Source: Myxococcota bacterium (lineage in GTDB: Bacteria; Myxococcota_A; UBA9160; UBA6930). From it: a stretch of 64,000 nucleotides of DNA. This document shows positions 11,369 through 21,068 of the stretch, one piece after another (position 1 is the stretch's first letter; each line of letters begins with the position of its first letter). The position numbers and the translations under genes were made by a program. The stretch lies in NCBI GenBank assembly GCA_965223415.1, contig OZ245002.1, forward strand, positions 3,910,242 through 3,974,241. Direction: 5' to 3'. The notes beneath the pieces are model-generated. The model had not been told where the DNA came from and made no database searches. It was given only the letters and a program-made list of their open reading frames with translations.

Positions 11369-12610
11369 CTAGGAGGCCGCGGCCTGCTGCTCCGCGGCCT
11401 CGCGCAGCGCCGCCGTGAAGAGGTAGCAGTGCGAGTCCCGGGGAATCTGCTCCACCGGCAGGGGCGTGTCGATCTGCTCCGGCGTGGGCCCGTGCTGCCG
11501 GGCCAGGGGGCGCAGCTTGTCGAGGTCGAAGCCGTAGAGCTCCGCCGCGTTCTCGCCGAAGAGCCTGCGCCGCTGCTCCTCCGGGATGTCGGCGAAGGTC
11601 AGGCGCAGGGACTCGAGGTTGTGGGGGAAGGTGCCCTCGTAGTGCGGGTAGTCGTTGCCCCACAGGACCCGGTCCACGCCTACCTCTTCGATGCCTTGCA
11701 GCTCGACCTTGCTCGGGAAGCTCGCGCCGTACCAGCAGTTGCGCTTCGCGTAGAAGCTCGGCGGCTCGTCGAGGTGCCACTTCTGGTCGCCGTAGGTCAG
11801 CTCGCCGATGGCGCCGCGCTTCATGCCCATGTGGATGCGGTCCATGTGGGCGAGCATCTCCGGCGCCCAGGAGCAGCCGCTCTCGGTGAGGATGTACCGC
11901 AGCTTCGGGAAGCGCTGGAAGACGCCGCTCATGATCAGGTGCCGGTAGCCTCGGCGGCAGTAGAAGGCGACCTCCGAGACCCACAGGGCCTCGGCGACGA
12001 GCCCTTCTCCGTAGTCCGGCGATCCCTGCCCCGAGTGCTGGTTGATCACCAGGTCGTGGTCCTGGATCGCGGCGTACACCCTGTCCCAGTCCGGGTGGTG
12101 AAGGGGCTTCAGCCAGGTGCAATCCTCGGGGATCAGCGGAAGCAGCACGCCGCCTCGCAGGCCCGACTTGCCGATGAACTCGATGTCCTTCACCGCTTCG
12201 TCCAGGTCGTTCGGCAGGATGATGCCGATGCCCGCGCGGCGGTCCGGATCCTCGGCGCAGAAATCCACGAGCCAGCGGTTGTGGGCGCGGGCGCCGGCCA
12301 GGCACAGCTCGTAGTCCCCGGGCCGCGGCGGCTGGGTGGTGACGATGCTCTTCCGGTAGAAGGGTGGCACCGTGTTCGGGTAGACGACCTCGCCCACCAC
12401 GCCCTGGCTGTTCTGGTCGGCGATGCGGATCTCGAGATCCCAGTTGCGCTTCTTCTTTCGCCCGTAGTGCTCCTCGGACGGGTTGCGGTAGCCGCCCCGC
12501 CACTCGTCGAAGGCCTCCCGGTACTTCGGGTCGAGGTACTCGCGGTACTGGGAGTGGCTCCCCCCTGCGTGGGTGTCGGCGGTGATGAGGACGTAGGGGT
12601 CGTTGCTCAT
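11369..12610 (-). CDS. Amidohydrolase_2-family protein
   Basis: ITADTHAG, AHNRWL, SGVFQRFPKLRYILTE, WGNDYPHYEGTFP, GENAAELYGF. Confidence 0.92.
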   Translation of the reverse strand: MSNDPYVLITADTHAGGSHSQYREYLDPKYREAFDEWRGGYRNPSEEHYGRKKKRNWDLEIRIADQNSQGVVGEVVYPNTVPPFYRKSIVTTQPPRPGDYELCLAGARAHNRWLVDFCAEDPDRRAGIGIILPNDLDEAVKDIEFIGKSGLRGGVLLPLIPEDCTWLKPLHHPDWDRVYAAIQDHDLVINQHSGQGSPDYGEGLVAEALWVSEVAFYCRRGYRHLIMSGVFQRFPKLRYILTESGCSWAPEMLAHMDRIHMGMKRGAIGELTYGDQKWHLDEPPSFYAKRNCWYGASFPSKVELQGIEEVGVDRVLWGNDYPHYEGTFPHNLESLRLTFADIPEEQRRRLFGENAAELYGFDLDKLRPLARQHGPTPEQIDTPLPVEQIPRDSHCYLFTAALREAAEQQAAAS

Positions 12611-12620
12611 GGCAATAGAA

Positions 12621-12669
12621 TGAACGATTTCGCCAAAGAATTCAATGAAAATCTTACGAGATCGGTTCA
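12621..12669. promoter_or_regulatory. Double palindrome TGAA-N16-TTCA-T-TGAA-N16-TTCA (putative TetR operator), copy 1
   Basis: Same 49-bp architecture and shared core words as 51953-52001; AT-rich patch directly upstream of the 12610 start. Confidence 0.75.
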
Positions 12670-14480
12670 GCCAATGCCTCGGCCTCGTCCACCATCTCCC
12701 CCAGCAGCGCCAGGCCGCCTTGCCAGAAGGCCGGGTCCGTGATGTCCAGGCCGACCCGGGCCAGCAGCTCCGGCGGGCTGGCGGAGCCGCCGGCCCGCAG
12801 CAGCTCGAGGTAGCGGGGCACGAAGGCCTCGCCCTGCTCGTCGTAGCAGCGGATCAAGGCCAGAACGAGGAGCTCGCCGAAGGCGTAGGCGTAGCAGTAG
12901 AAGGGCGAGTGGACGAAGTGGGGGATGTAGAGCCACCACCAGGCGTAGTCGTCGGTCAGCTCCACCGCATCGCCCAGCATCGGGCGGTTCGCCTCCATCC
13001 AGAGCTCGTTCACCCGCGGGATCGCGAGCTCGCCCTCCGCCCGCCGCGCCGCGTGCAGCGTCTCCTCGAAGCGCGTCATCGCCACCTGGCGGAAGACCGT
13101 GGCGAAGGCGTCCTCGAGCTTCCCGCACAGCAGCGCCAGCCGGACCTTCGGGTCCTTTTCCTCCTTGAGCAGGCGGCGGAACACGAGCATCTCGCCGAAC
13201 ACGCTGGCGGTCTCGGCGGTGGTCAGCGGCGTGTCCTGCTCGAAGAGCCCCTGCTCCCGGGCCAGGTACTGATGGACGCCGTGCCCGAGCTCGTGGGCGG
13301 TGGTCATCACGTCGCGCAGGTTGCCGGTGTAGTTGAGCAGGACGTAGGGGTGCACCGAGGGCACGGTCGAGGCCGAGAAGGCGCCGCCGCGCTTGCCCTC
13401 CCGCAGCTCCGCGTCGATCCAGCCCTCGTCGAAGAAGCGCCGGGCGATCTCCGCCATCTCCGGAGAGAAGTCGCGGTAGGCGTCGAGCACGATGCGGCGG
13501 GCCTCGTCGAAGCTGCGCTCGCCCTGAGGCTCGCCGACCGGCGCATAACGGTCGTAGTCGAAGAGCGGCTCGATGCCGAGGAGCCGCCCCTTCAGCCGGT
13601 AGTAGCGCTGGACCAACGGGTAGCCGGTCTGGCAGGCGTCGAGGAGCGCGCGCACCCCGGGCCCGTCGATCTCGTTGGCCAGGTTGCGCGCCTGCATCGG
13701 GTCCGTGTAGCGGCGCAGCCGGTCCTGGGTCGCCTTGTCCTGGACCAACGTGTTGAAGATGAAGGCCAGCACCCGCGCGTGCTCCTTCAGGCCCTCGGTC
13801 AGGCCGCGGGCCGCGGCCCGCCGCTCGGCCCGGTTCGGGGCGTACAGCAGCGAGAGCACCTGCTCCTCCGAGAGCTCCCGGGTCTCTCCGTCCAGCTCCA
13901 CCTCGAAGCGGGCCGCGCCGAGGATCTCGTCGAAGAGCCGGGAGAAGGCGCGCTCGCCCGTGTTCGCCGTCTCCTCGAGGATGCGCTCCTCGGGCTCCGA
14001 GAGGACGTGGGGGCGGTAGCGGCGCAGGCTCTCGAGCAGGTGGCGGCGGTCGGCCAGGGCTGGCTCCGCCAGCAGCCCGGCGACGCGCTCGTCGTCCGCG
14101 GCGACCCACTCGAGCTCGAAGAACAGCAGGTGCTGGCGGATCGCCGTGCCCTGCTCCTGCACGTGCTGGAGCAAGGCGCCGTGGGCCGGCGCCTGGGTAT
14201 CCCCCGCGAACCGGAGGTGCGCGAAGGCGCCGGCGCGGCCCACCGGCTCCTGGAGGGCCTCGTAGGCCGAGACCGCATCGGCCAGCTCCGCGGCGCTGAG
14301 CTCGGCGAGGCGGCCGCGGTAGCGGGCTTCGAAGGCGCGGGCGGCTTCGAGGCTCCGCTCCAGGTCGGCCTCGAGGCCCTGGCGGGCGGGCTCGGGGTAG
14401 AGGTGTGAGAGGTCCCAGCGCACGCCGGCGGCGGGGCCCGTTCCGGGACCGGAAGTCGGGGTCGAGGTCGGCTCGGTCAT
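12654..14480 (-). CDS. pepF: M3B oligoendopeptidase F
   Basis: WDLSHLY, GKRGGAFS, HPYVLLNY, zinc motif AHELGHGVH, AETASVFGE, IPHF..FYCYAYAFG. Confidence 0.93.
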   Translation of the reverse strand: MTEPTSTPTSGPGTGPAAGVRWDLSHLYPEPARQGLEADLERSLEAARAFEARYRGRLAELSAAELADAVSAYEALQEPVGRAGAFAHLRFAGDTQAPAHGALLQHVQEQGTAIRQHLLFFELEWVAADDERVAGLLAEPALADRRHLLESLRRYRPHVLSEPEERILEETANTGERAFSRLFDEILGAARFEVELDGETRELSEEQVLSLLYAPNRAERRAAARGLTEGLKEHARVLAFIFNTLVQDKATQDRLRRYTDPMQARNLANEIDGPGVRALLDACQTGYPLVQRYYRLKGRLLGIEPLFDYDRYAPVGEPQGERSFDEARRIVLDAYRDFSPEMAEIARRFFDEGWIDAELREGKRGGAFSASTVPSVHPYVLLNYTGNLRDVMTTAHELGHGVHQYLAREQGLFEQDTPLTTAETASVFGEMLVFRRLLKEEKDPKVRLALLCGKLEDAFATVFRQVAMTRFEETLHAARRAEGELAIPRVNELWMEANRPMLGDAVELTDDYAWWWLYIPHFVHSPFYCYAYAFGELLVLALIRCYDEQGEAFVPRYLELLRAGGSASPPELLARVGLDITDPAFWQGGLALLGEMVDEAEALAEPIS

Positions 14481-14506
14481 GGCCCGGGACGTTACCTTTC
14501 GGGATC

Positions 14507-15760
14507 GTGACCGCCGCCTCGCGCTTCCAGCGCACGATCCTGCACGCCGACATGGACGCCTTCTACGCGTCCATCGAGCAGCGGGACCACCCGGAGCTGC
14601 GGGGCAAGCCGGTGGTGGTCGGCGGCGCGGGCTCCCGCGGCGTGGTCTCCGCGGCGAGCTACGAGGCCAGGGAGTACGGCATCCACTCGGCCATGCCGAG
14701 CGCCCAGGCCCAGCAGCTCTGCCCCCACGCGATCTTCCTGCCCGGTCGGATGTCGGTCTACAGTGCCGATTCGAAGCGCATCTTCGAGATCTTCCGGCGC
14801 TTCACGCCGGCGGTGGAGGGCCTCTCCCTCGACGAGGCCTTCCTCGACATGACCGGCACCGAGCGGCTGCTCGGGCCGGTGGCCCGGGTGGGCGAGCGGC
14901 TGCGCAAGGAGGTGCGAGAGGAGACGGGTCTGGCCGTCTCGGTCGGAATCGCGCCGGTGAAGATGGTCGCCAAGATCGCCAGCGATTCGGCCAAGCCCGA
15001 CGGCCTGCTGGAGATCCGGCCCGGCGAGGTCCAGGAGTTTCTCTACCCGCTGCCGGTCGGCCGCATCTGGGGCGTGGGCCCGGTCGCCCGGGAGCGGCTG
15101 GCGCGCATCGGCGTGGAGACGATCGGCGACCTGGCCCGGGCCGAGGGGAAACGGCTCGAGGAGGTGCTCGGGGACTGGGGCCTGCGGGTGGCGCGCCTGG
15201 CCCGGGGCGTGGACGTGCGCGAGGTCGAGGCCTACCGGGATGCCGTCTCCATGAGCGAGGAGAACACCTTCGGCCGTGACGTCTCCGACGTGCGCAAGCT
15301 CGAAGCCGCCATCCTCACCCACGCCGAGTCCGTGGCCCGGCGGCTGCGGCGAAGCGAGGCGAAGGCGCGCACCGTCGTGCTCAAGGTGAAGCTCGCTCGC
15401 CGGGTGGCGGCGGGTCCCCGCGGCTTCCCTCTCTTGACCCGGCGGGAGACGCTGCCGGATCCCACGGACGACGGCGGCGAGATCGCCGACACCGCGAAGG
15501 CGCTCCTCGCCCGGACGGAGCTCGCCGAGCCCGTGCGCCTGGTCGGCGTCGGCGTGACGAACCTGATCTCGCGCCCGGAGCAGCTCTCGCTCTTCCGCAA
15601 GGGCAGCGGCCAGGAGAAGCGCGCGCGCCTCAATCGGGCCCTCGACCAGCTCACCGACCGCTTCGGCTCGAAGGCCGTGCGACGCGCCGGCCAGAGCGAC
15701 GTCGAGCGCATGGCCCCGAGCCTCCAGATCAAGCGGGGGGAGGACGAGCCGGATCGCTAG
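14507..15760 (+). CDS. dinB: DNA polymerase IV
   Basis: HADMDAFYASIEQ, SYEAR, SLDEAFLD, AKIAS...KPDG, WGVG, VRLVGV, clamp-binding EQLSLF. Confidence 0.96.
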   Translation: MTAASRFQRTILHADMDAFYASIEQRDHPELRGKPVVVGGAGSRGVVSAASYEAREYGIHSAMPSAQAQQLCPHAIFLPGRMSVYSADSKRIFEIFRRFTPAVEGLSLDEAFLDMTGTERLLGPVARVGERLRKEVREETGLAVSVGIAPVKMVAKIASDSAKPDGLLEIRPGEVQEFLYPLPVGRIWGVGPVARERLARIGVETIGDLARAEGKRLEEVLGDWGLRVARLARGVDVREVEAYRDAVSMSEENTFGRDVSDVRKLEAAILTHAESVARRLRRSEAKARTVVLKVKLARRVAAGPRGFPLLTRRETLPDPTDDGGEIADTAKALLARTELAEPVRLVGVGVTNLISRPEQLSLFRKGSGQEKRARLNRALDQLTDRFGSKAVRRAGQSDVERMAPSLQIKRGEDEPDR

Positions 15761-15783
15761 GCGCAGGTCTCTCGACTCGGTCG

Positions 15784-16251
15784 TCAGGGCGCGGCGAGCG
15801 GCAGCGCCGTCGTGTACTTGATCTGGCGCAGGGCGAAGCTCGAGCTTGCCGAGTCGACGGCCGGGTGGTGCAGCAGGTGGCGGGTGAGGAAGCGGTCGTA
15901 GGCCGCGACGTCGCTCACCACCACCCGCAGCAGGTAGTCCCGGTCCCCGGTCATCGACCAGCACTCGACGATCTCCGGGTGCTCGGCGACGAAGCGCTCG
16001 AAGGCCGCGCGGCTCTCGTCGCGGTGCTCGGTGAGCGACACGCTGGCGATCACCGAGACGCCGAGGCCGACCGCTTCCGGCGCGAGGAGCACCACCTGCC
16101 CCGCGATCACACCCGCCTCCTCCAGCGCGCGCACGCGCCGCCAGCAGGAGGTGGCCGAAACGGCGACCTGCCGGGCCAGCTCCGCCTGGGAGACGCGCGC
16201 GTCCCGCTGCAGCCGGTCGAGGATCCGCAGGTCGATCTCATCGAGATCCAT
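15784..16251 (-). CDS. Lrp/AsnC transcriptional regulator, divergent from phhA-hppD
   Basis: MDLDEIDLRIL..LQRDAR, CWRRVRALEEAGVI, ECWSMTGDRDYLLRV, IKYTTALP. Confidence 0.93.
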   Translation of the reverse strand: MDLDEIDLRILDRLQRDARVSQAELARQVAVSATSCWRRVRALEEAGVIAGQVVLLAPEAVGLGVSVIASVSLTEHRDESRAAFERFVAEHPEIVECWSMTGDRDYLLRVVVSDVAAYDRFLTRHLLHHPAVDSASSSFALRQIKYTTALPLAAP

Positions 16252-16342
16252 GATGGAGGAATCATCCAATAATTGAGTAAGAACCGCAAGAATCCTCCCA
16301 AACGGTGCAGTCCAGGGCCCAGAAAGAAGCGATCTGTCAACG

Positions 16343-17176
16343 ATGAAGGGCGATTCTCCTTCCATGGAGGCCAGTCTCCACCACCCCATGATCGACGACG
16401 CTCAGGCCCGCCGGGCCCTGGCCCTGGCGGCCTGCTTCGAACGGCCGGGCGCGCGGGACCCCGAGGGCCTGTTCATCGACCAGCGCTACGCGGGCTACGA
16501 CGGCCGCGACCAGGAGACCTGGCGTCTCCTGGTCGACCGCCAGACGGCCTGGCTCGAAAAGCACGCAGCCGACGCCTTCCTCGCTGGCGCCCGGGACATC
16601 GGGCTCTCCCGGGAGCGCATTCCCGAGCTCGCGGTCCTCTCCCGCCGCCTGCTCGCACGCACCGGCTGGTGCAGCCGCGCGGTGCCGGGCTACCTGCCGC
16701 CGCGCGCCTTCTTCGCGTGCCTGGCGCAGCGCACCTTCCCCACCACCGTCGTGGTCCGGCCGCGTGCGAGCTTCGCCTACCTCCCGGAGCCCGACATCTT
16801 TCACGACGTCTTCGGCCACCTGCCGCTCCTGGCCGATCCGGCCTTCGCGGACTTCCTCCGGCTCTACGGCGAGACGGCTCTCTCCACCGAGGATCCCGCC
16901 CACACGCTGCGCCTGGCGCGGCTCTTCTGGTTCAGTGTCGAGTTCGGCCTCGTCGCCGAACGCGGCGACGCGCGCCTGTACGGTGCGGGCCTTCTCTCCT
17001 CGCCGCGAGAGGCGGTGCACGCCCTGCGTTCCCCGGACGTCGAGCGCAGGCCCTTCGACCTGGAGGAGGTCTGCGAGACCTCGTTCGAGATCGATCACCT
17101 CCAGCCCGTACTGTTCGTGCTCGACGGCTTCGGGCAGCTGGAGGACGCGATGCGCGGCTACGCGCGCACGCTGTGA
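16343..17176 (+). CDS. phhA: Phenylalanine 4-monooxygenase
   Basis: PEPDIFHDVFGHLPLL and FWFSVEFGL (Fe His-His-Glu), YGAGLLSS; start uncertain (16343/16364/16388). Confidence 0.92.
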   Translation: MKGDSPSMEASLHHPMIDDAQARRALALAACFERPGARDPEGLFIDQRYAGYDGRDQETWRLLVDRQTAWLEKHAADAFLAGARDIGLSRERIPELAVLSRRLLARTGWCSRAVPGYLPPRAFFACLAQRTFPTTVVVRPRASFAYLPEPDIFHDVFGHLPLLADPAFADFLRLYGETALSTEDPAHTLRLARLFWFSVEFGLVAERGDARLYGAGLLSSPREAVHALRSPDVERRPFDLEEVCETSFEIDHLQPVLFVLDGFGQLEDAMRGYARTL

Positions 17177-17187
17177 TGGGAGACGCC

Positions 17188-18234
17188 ATGGACAATCCGA
17201 TGGGAACCGACGGCTTCGAGTTCATCGAGTTCGCTGCGCCCGATCCGGCCCTGCTCGGCCGGCTCTTCGAGCAGCTCGGCTTCGCGAAGGTGGCGCGGCA
17301 CCGCTCGAAGGAGGTCTGGCTCTACCGCCAGGGAGACGTGAACTTCCTCGTCAACGCGGAGCCCGACAGCTTCGCCCAGGCCTTCGCCCGCATCCATGGC
17401 CCGAGCATCTGCGCGATGGCCTTCCGGGTGGACGACGCCGGCCGCGCCCTCGAACGCGCCCGCTCGCTGGGTGCCTGGGTGGTGGAGAGCTCCGTCGGAC
17501 CGATGGAGCTCTGCATCCCGGCGATCAAGGGCATCGGCGACAGCTTGCTCTACCTGGTCGACCGCTACGGAGAGCGCGGCACGATCTACGACGTGGATTT
17601 CATGCAGCTGCCCGTCCCCGAGAGGGAGGGAGGCGCGGTGGGCTTCGAGCACGTCGACCACCTCACCCACAACGTCCATCGCGGACGCATGGCCGAGTGG
17701 GCCGAGTTCTACGAGCGACTGTTCGGCTTCCGCGAGATCCGCCACTTCGACATCGAAGGTCGGGCGACCGGTCTGCACAGCAAGGCCCTGACCAGCCCCT
17801 GCGGCAAGATCCGGATTCCCCTCAACGAATCGGCGGACGATCGCTCCCAGGTGCAGGAGTACCTGGAGGCCTATCATGGCGAGGGCATCCAGCACGTCGC
17901 CTTCCACACGGCGGACGCCTTCGGCACCGTGGAGGCGCTACGAGCCCGCGGTGTCCGCTTCCTCGACACCCCCTGCACCTACTACGAGAAGCTCGACGAG
18001 CGGGTGCCCGACCACGGCGAGGATCTCGAGCGGCTGTGGTCCAACCGGATCCTGCTCGACGGCGGATCGGCGGAGGGCACGCTGCTGCAGATCTTCACCG
18101 AGACGGTCGTCGGCCCGATCTTCTTCGAGATCATCCAGCGCAAGGGGAACGCCGGCTTCGGCGAGGGCAACTTCCAGGCGCTCTTCGAGTCCATGGAGCT
18201 GGAGCAGATCCGGCAGGGGAGGGTGCAGGCATGA
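17188..18234 (+). CDS. hppD: 4-hydroxyphenylpyruvate dioxygenase
   Basis: NPMGTDGFEFIEF, DHLTHNV, GEGIQHVA, LLQIFT, FFEIIQRKGNAGFGEGNF. Confidence 0.97.
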   Translation: MDNPMGTDGFEFIEFAAPDPALLGRLFEQLGFAKVARHRSKEVWLYRQGDVNFLVNAEPDSFAQAFARIHGPSICAMAFRVDDAGRALERARSLGAWVVESSVGPMELCIPAIKGIGDSLLYLVDRYGERGTIYDVDFMQLPVPEREGGAVGFEHVDHLTHNVHRGRMAEWAEFYERLFGFREIRHFDIEGRATGLHSKALTSPCGKIRIPLNESADDRSQVQEYLEAYHGEGIQHVAFHTADAFGTVEALRARGVRFLDTPCTYYEKLDERVPDHGEDLERLWSNRILLDGGSAEGTLLQIFTETVVGPIFFEIIQRKGNAGFGEGNFQALFESMELEQIRQGRVQA

Positions 18235-19373
18235 AGGCACCGCGACCGCAGGAGATCCCGATCCAGCGGCGGGAGGGACGCATCTCCCGCCAGGCCCACG
18301 TCGACGTGCCGGAGGAGGGCTACGAGCGCGAGATCGGCCGCGCCGGCTTCGCCGGCCCCGCCAGCCACGTGATCCACGCCCACCCGCCCACGGGCTGGAG
18401 CGGCTTCGACGGCCCCCTGCGCCCGCGCGCCTTCGACACGCGGGACCTCAAGGACGAAGAGGTGCTTCCCTTCGACGCGCCCCTGCTGCTGGGTGGCGCT
18501 CACCTGGAGCTCCGCTTCTGGGTCACCGCCGCGCCCATGTCGCAGCTGGTCCGCAACGCCGACGGAGACCAGCTGCTCTTCGTCCATGCCGGCCGGGGTG
18601 CGCTCTTCTGCGACCACGGCCACCTGCCGTTTCGCGACGGCGACTACCTGCTGCTGCCGCGCGGAAGCGCTTGGAGGATCGAGCCGGTGGAGCCGCTGCG
18701 CATCCTGCTGCTCGAGGCCACGGGCCAGCGCCTCGGCCTTCCGGACCGGGGCCTGCTCTGCCAGCACGCGCTCTTCGATCCGGACGTGCTCGAGACGCCG
18801 CGCCTCGACGAGGCCTTCGACGCCCAGCGCAGCGAGGCCACCACGGAGCTCGTCGTCAAGGGCCGCGGCGGGCGCACGACGATCACCTATCCATTCAATC
18901 CCCTCGATGCCCTCGGCTGGAAGGGAGGCCTCGCGCCAGTGCGCCTCAACTGGCGGGACCTGCGGCCGGTGGGGAGCGCGCGCTACCACCTGCCGCCCTC
19001 CGCCCACACCACCTTCCTCGCCGAGCACTTCGCCGTCTGCACATTCGTCCCGCGGCCGCTCGAGAGCGATCCGCGGGCGCTGAACCTGCCGTTCTTCCAT
19101 TCCAACGACGACGTCGACGAGGTGCTGTTCTACCACCGCGGTCGCTTCATGAGCCGCGACGATGCGGGGCCGGGCCTGCTGAGCTTCCATCCCGCGGGCT
19201 TCCCCCACGGCCCGCACCCGAAGGCGCTCGCCGAGGCCCGCGCGGGGGGCCGGGAGGCCACTGACGAGGTCGCCGTGATGATCGACGCCTTCGAGGCGCT
19301 CGAGCCCGGGCCCGGGGCGGCGCAGATCGAGCGGGCGGCCTACGCGGACTCCTGGAAGGGAGAGCCGGCGTGA
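18231..19373 (+). CDS. hmgA: Homogentisate 1,2-dioxygenase
   Basis: YEREIGRAGF, RNADGDQLLF, YHLPPSAHTTF, PFFHSNDDVDEVLFYH, GFPHGPHP; directly after hppD. Confidence 0.92.
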   Translation: MKAPRPQEIPIQRREGRISRQAHVDVPEEGYEREIGRAGFAGPASHVIHAHPPTGWSGFDGPLRPRAFDTRDLKDEEVLPFDAPLLLGGAHLELRFWVTAAPMSQLVRNADGDQLLFVHAGRGALFCDHGHLPFRDGDYLLLPRGSAWRIEPVEPLRILLLEATGQRLGLPDRGLLCQHALFDPDVLETPRLDEAFDAQRSEATTELVVKGRGGRTTITYPFNPLDALGWKGGLAPVRLNWRDLRPVGSARYHLPPSAHTTFLAEHFAVCTFVPRPLESDPRALNLPFFHSNDDVDEVLFYHRGRFMSRDDAGPGLLSFHPAGFPHGPHPKALAEARAGGREATDEVAVMIDAFEALEPGPGAAQIERAAYADSWKGEPA

Positions 19374-20362
19374 AGCTCGCCTCCCTGCGCTGCGGGCGGG
19401 ACGGCGAGCTCGTGATCGTGAGCCGCGATCTCGTCCGCGCGGTCCGGGCCCCGGAGATCGCGCCCACGCTGCAGGCGGCCCTGGACGAGTGGGCGATCCT
19501 CGCGCCCGCTCTCGCCGAAGCGTGCGATCGTCTCGAGGCCGGCGAAGCTCCGGGCGTCTTCGCCCTGGATCCGGCGGACCTGGCCGCGCCCCTTCCCCGC
19601 GCCTTCCAGTGGCTCGACGCCAGCGCGTACGTGAACCACGTGGAGCTCGTGCGCCGCGCCCGCGGCGCCGAGATGCCGCCCCGCTTCTGGACGGACCCGC
19701 TCATGTACCAGGGCGGTTCCGATGTCATGCTCGGGCCGTGCGAGCCGATCCGGGCTCGCGACGAGGCATGGGGCATCGACTTCGAGGCGGAGATCGCGGT
19801 GGTGACCGGCGACGTGCCCCGCGGTGCGGGTCCCGAGCTGGCGCAGGGATCGATCCTCCTGGTGCTGCTCGTGAACGACGTCTCGCTGCGCAACCTCATT
19901 CCGGACGAGCTGGCCAAGGGCTTCGGCTTCCTGCACGGCAAGCCACCGACCGCGTGCTCGCCGGTGGCCGTGACCCCCGATGAGCTGGGGGACGCCTGGG
20001 ATGGGGGCCGTCTCCATCTGCCCCTCGAGGTGCATCGCGGTGACGAGCGCTTCGGCGCTCCGGACGCGGGGACCGACATGACCTTCGACTTCCCGACCCT
20101 GATCGCCCACGCCGCCCGCACCCGGCCGCTCACGGCCGGGACGATCCTCGGCTCGGGGACGGTCTCCAACCGGGATCGCAGCCGCGGCTCCTGCTGCATC
20201 GCCGAGCGGCGCATGCTCGAGACCCTCGAGCGAGGTGCGCCCAAGACGCCGTTCCTCCGCCACGGCGACCGTGTGCGGATCGAGATGCGCGACGCCGCGG
20301 GCCGCTCGATCTTCGGCGCCATCGACCAGTGCGTGGAAGGGACCCCCGACGAGCTACCCTGA
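19370..20362 (+). CDS. Fumarylacetoacetate hydrolase family protein
   Basis: MKLASL, PLPRAFQWLD.SAYVNHV, PLMYQGGSD, IDFEAE, VNDVSLRN, GSGTVSN. Confidence 0.92.
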   Translation: MKLASLRCGRDGELVIVSRDLVRAVRAPEIAPTLQAALDEWAILAPALAEACDRLEAGEAPGVFALDPADLAAPLPRAFQWLDASAYVNHVELVRRARGAEMPPRFWTDPLMYQGGSDVMLGPCEPIRARDEAWGIDFEAEIAVVTGDVPRGAGPELAQGSILLVLLVNDVSLRNLIPDELAKGFGFLHGKPPTACSPVAVTPDELGDAWDGGRLHLPLEVHRGDERFGAPDAGTDMTFDFPTLIAHAARTRPLTAGTILGSGTVSNRDRSRGSCCIAERRMLETLERGAPKTPFLRHGDRVRIEMRDAAGRSIFGAIDQCVEGTPDELP

Positions 20363-20380
20363 CGGCACGGGGAGGACGTC

Positions 20381-21064
20381 ATGGCCCATCCGCGCAGCCT
20401 CGAGGCGCTCGTCAACCAGCAGGTCCGTCGCTGGGAGCTCTCGCCGCAGGGCGCCCCGGGCCGCCGGGTCGCGCCGACCGTCGCGCTCTCCCGCCTTCCG
20501 GGCTCGGCCGCCGCGGAGCTGGGCCAGGCCGTCGCCGACCGCCTCGGCTTCGGCTTCTTCGGCATCGAGATCGTCGACCTGATCGCCCGGGAGACCGGCA
20601 CCCGACGGGAGCTCGTGGCCGGGCTCGACGAGCACGTTCGCAGCGCCATCGAGCGCTACGTCGTGGACGCGACCAAGGGGCGCACCTACGACGAGAGCGC
20701 CTATCACCAGCAGCTGGTCCGGACCGTGGCGACCCTCGGCGAGCGCGGGCTGGCGGTCATCCTGGGCCGCGGAAGCGCCTTCCTGTTGCGGCCCGAGCGC
20801 TCCCTTCGTGTGCTGGTGGTCGCGCCAAGGGACCAGCGGGTGGAGCGGCTGGCGAAGCGCCTCGACGTGGACGCCGCGACCGCTGCGACCCGTCTCGACC
20901 GGGAGGATGCGGAGCGGCTGCACTTCAACCGACACCACTTCCACGTGGACCCGGATGACGCGAGCCACTTCGACCTGGTCGTGAACACGGGAACGCTCTC
21001 GCTCGGGCTCGCGACGGACCTGGTCGTCGAGACGGCCCAGCGGAGGTTCCCGCAGCTGGGCTGA
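20381..21064 (+). CDS. Cytidylate kinase-like family protein
   Basis: VALSRLPGS, VILGRG, LRVLVVAP, DREDAER, FDLVVNT. Confidence 0.85.
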   Translation: MAHPRSLEALVNQQVRRWELSPQGAPGRRVAPTVALSRLPGSAAAELGQAVADRLGFGFFGIEIVDLIARETGTRRELVAGLDEHVRSAIERYVVDATKGRTYDESAYHQQLVRTVATLGERGLAVILGRGSAFLLRPERSLRVLVVAPRDQRVERLAKRLDVDAATAATRLDREDAERLHFNRHHFHVDPDDASHFDLVVNTGTLSLGLATDLVVETAQRRFPQLG

Positions 21065-21068
21065 TCGG

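Noticed and set aside
14481-14506. imuA/dnaE2 motif upstream of dinB
   Set aside because: No TTCG-N7-TTCG or TTGACC in the 26-nt gap
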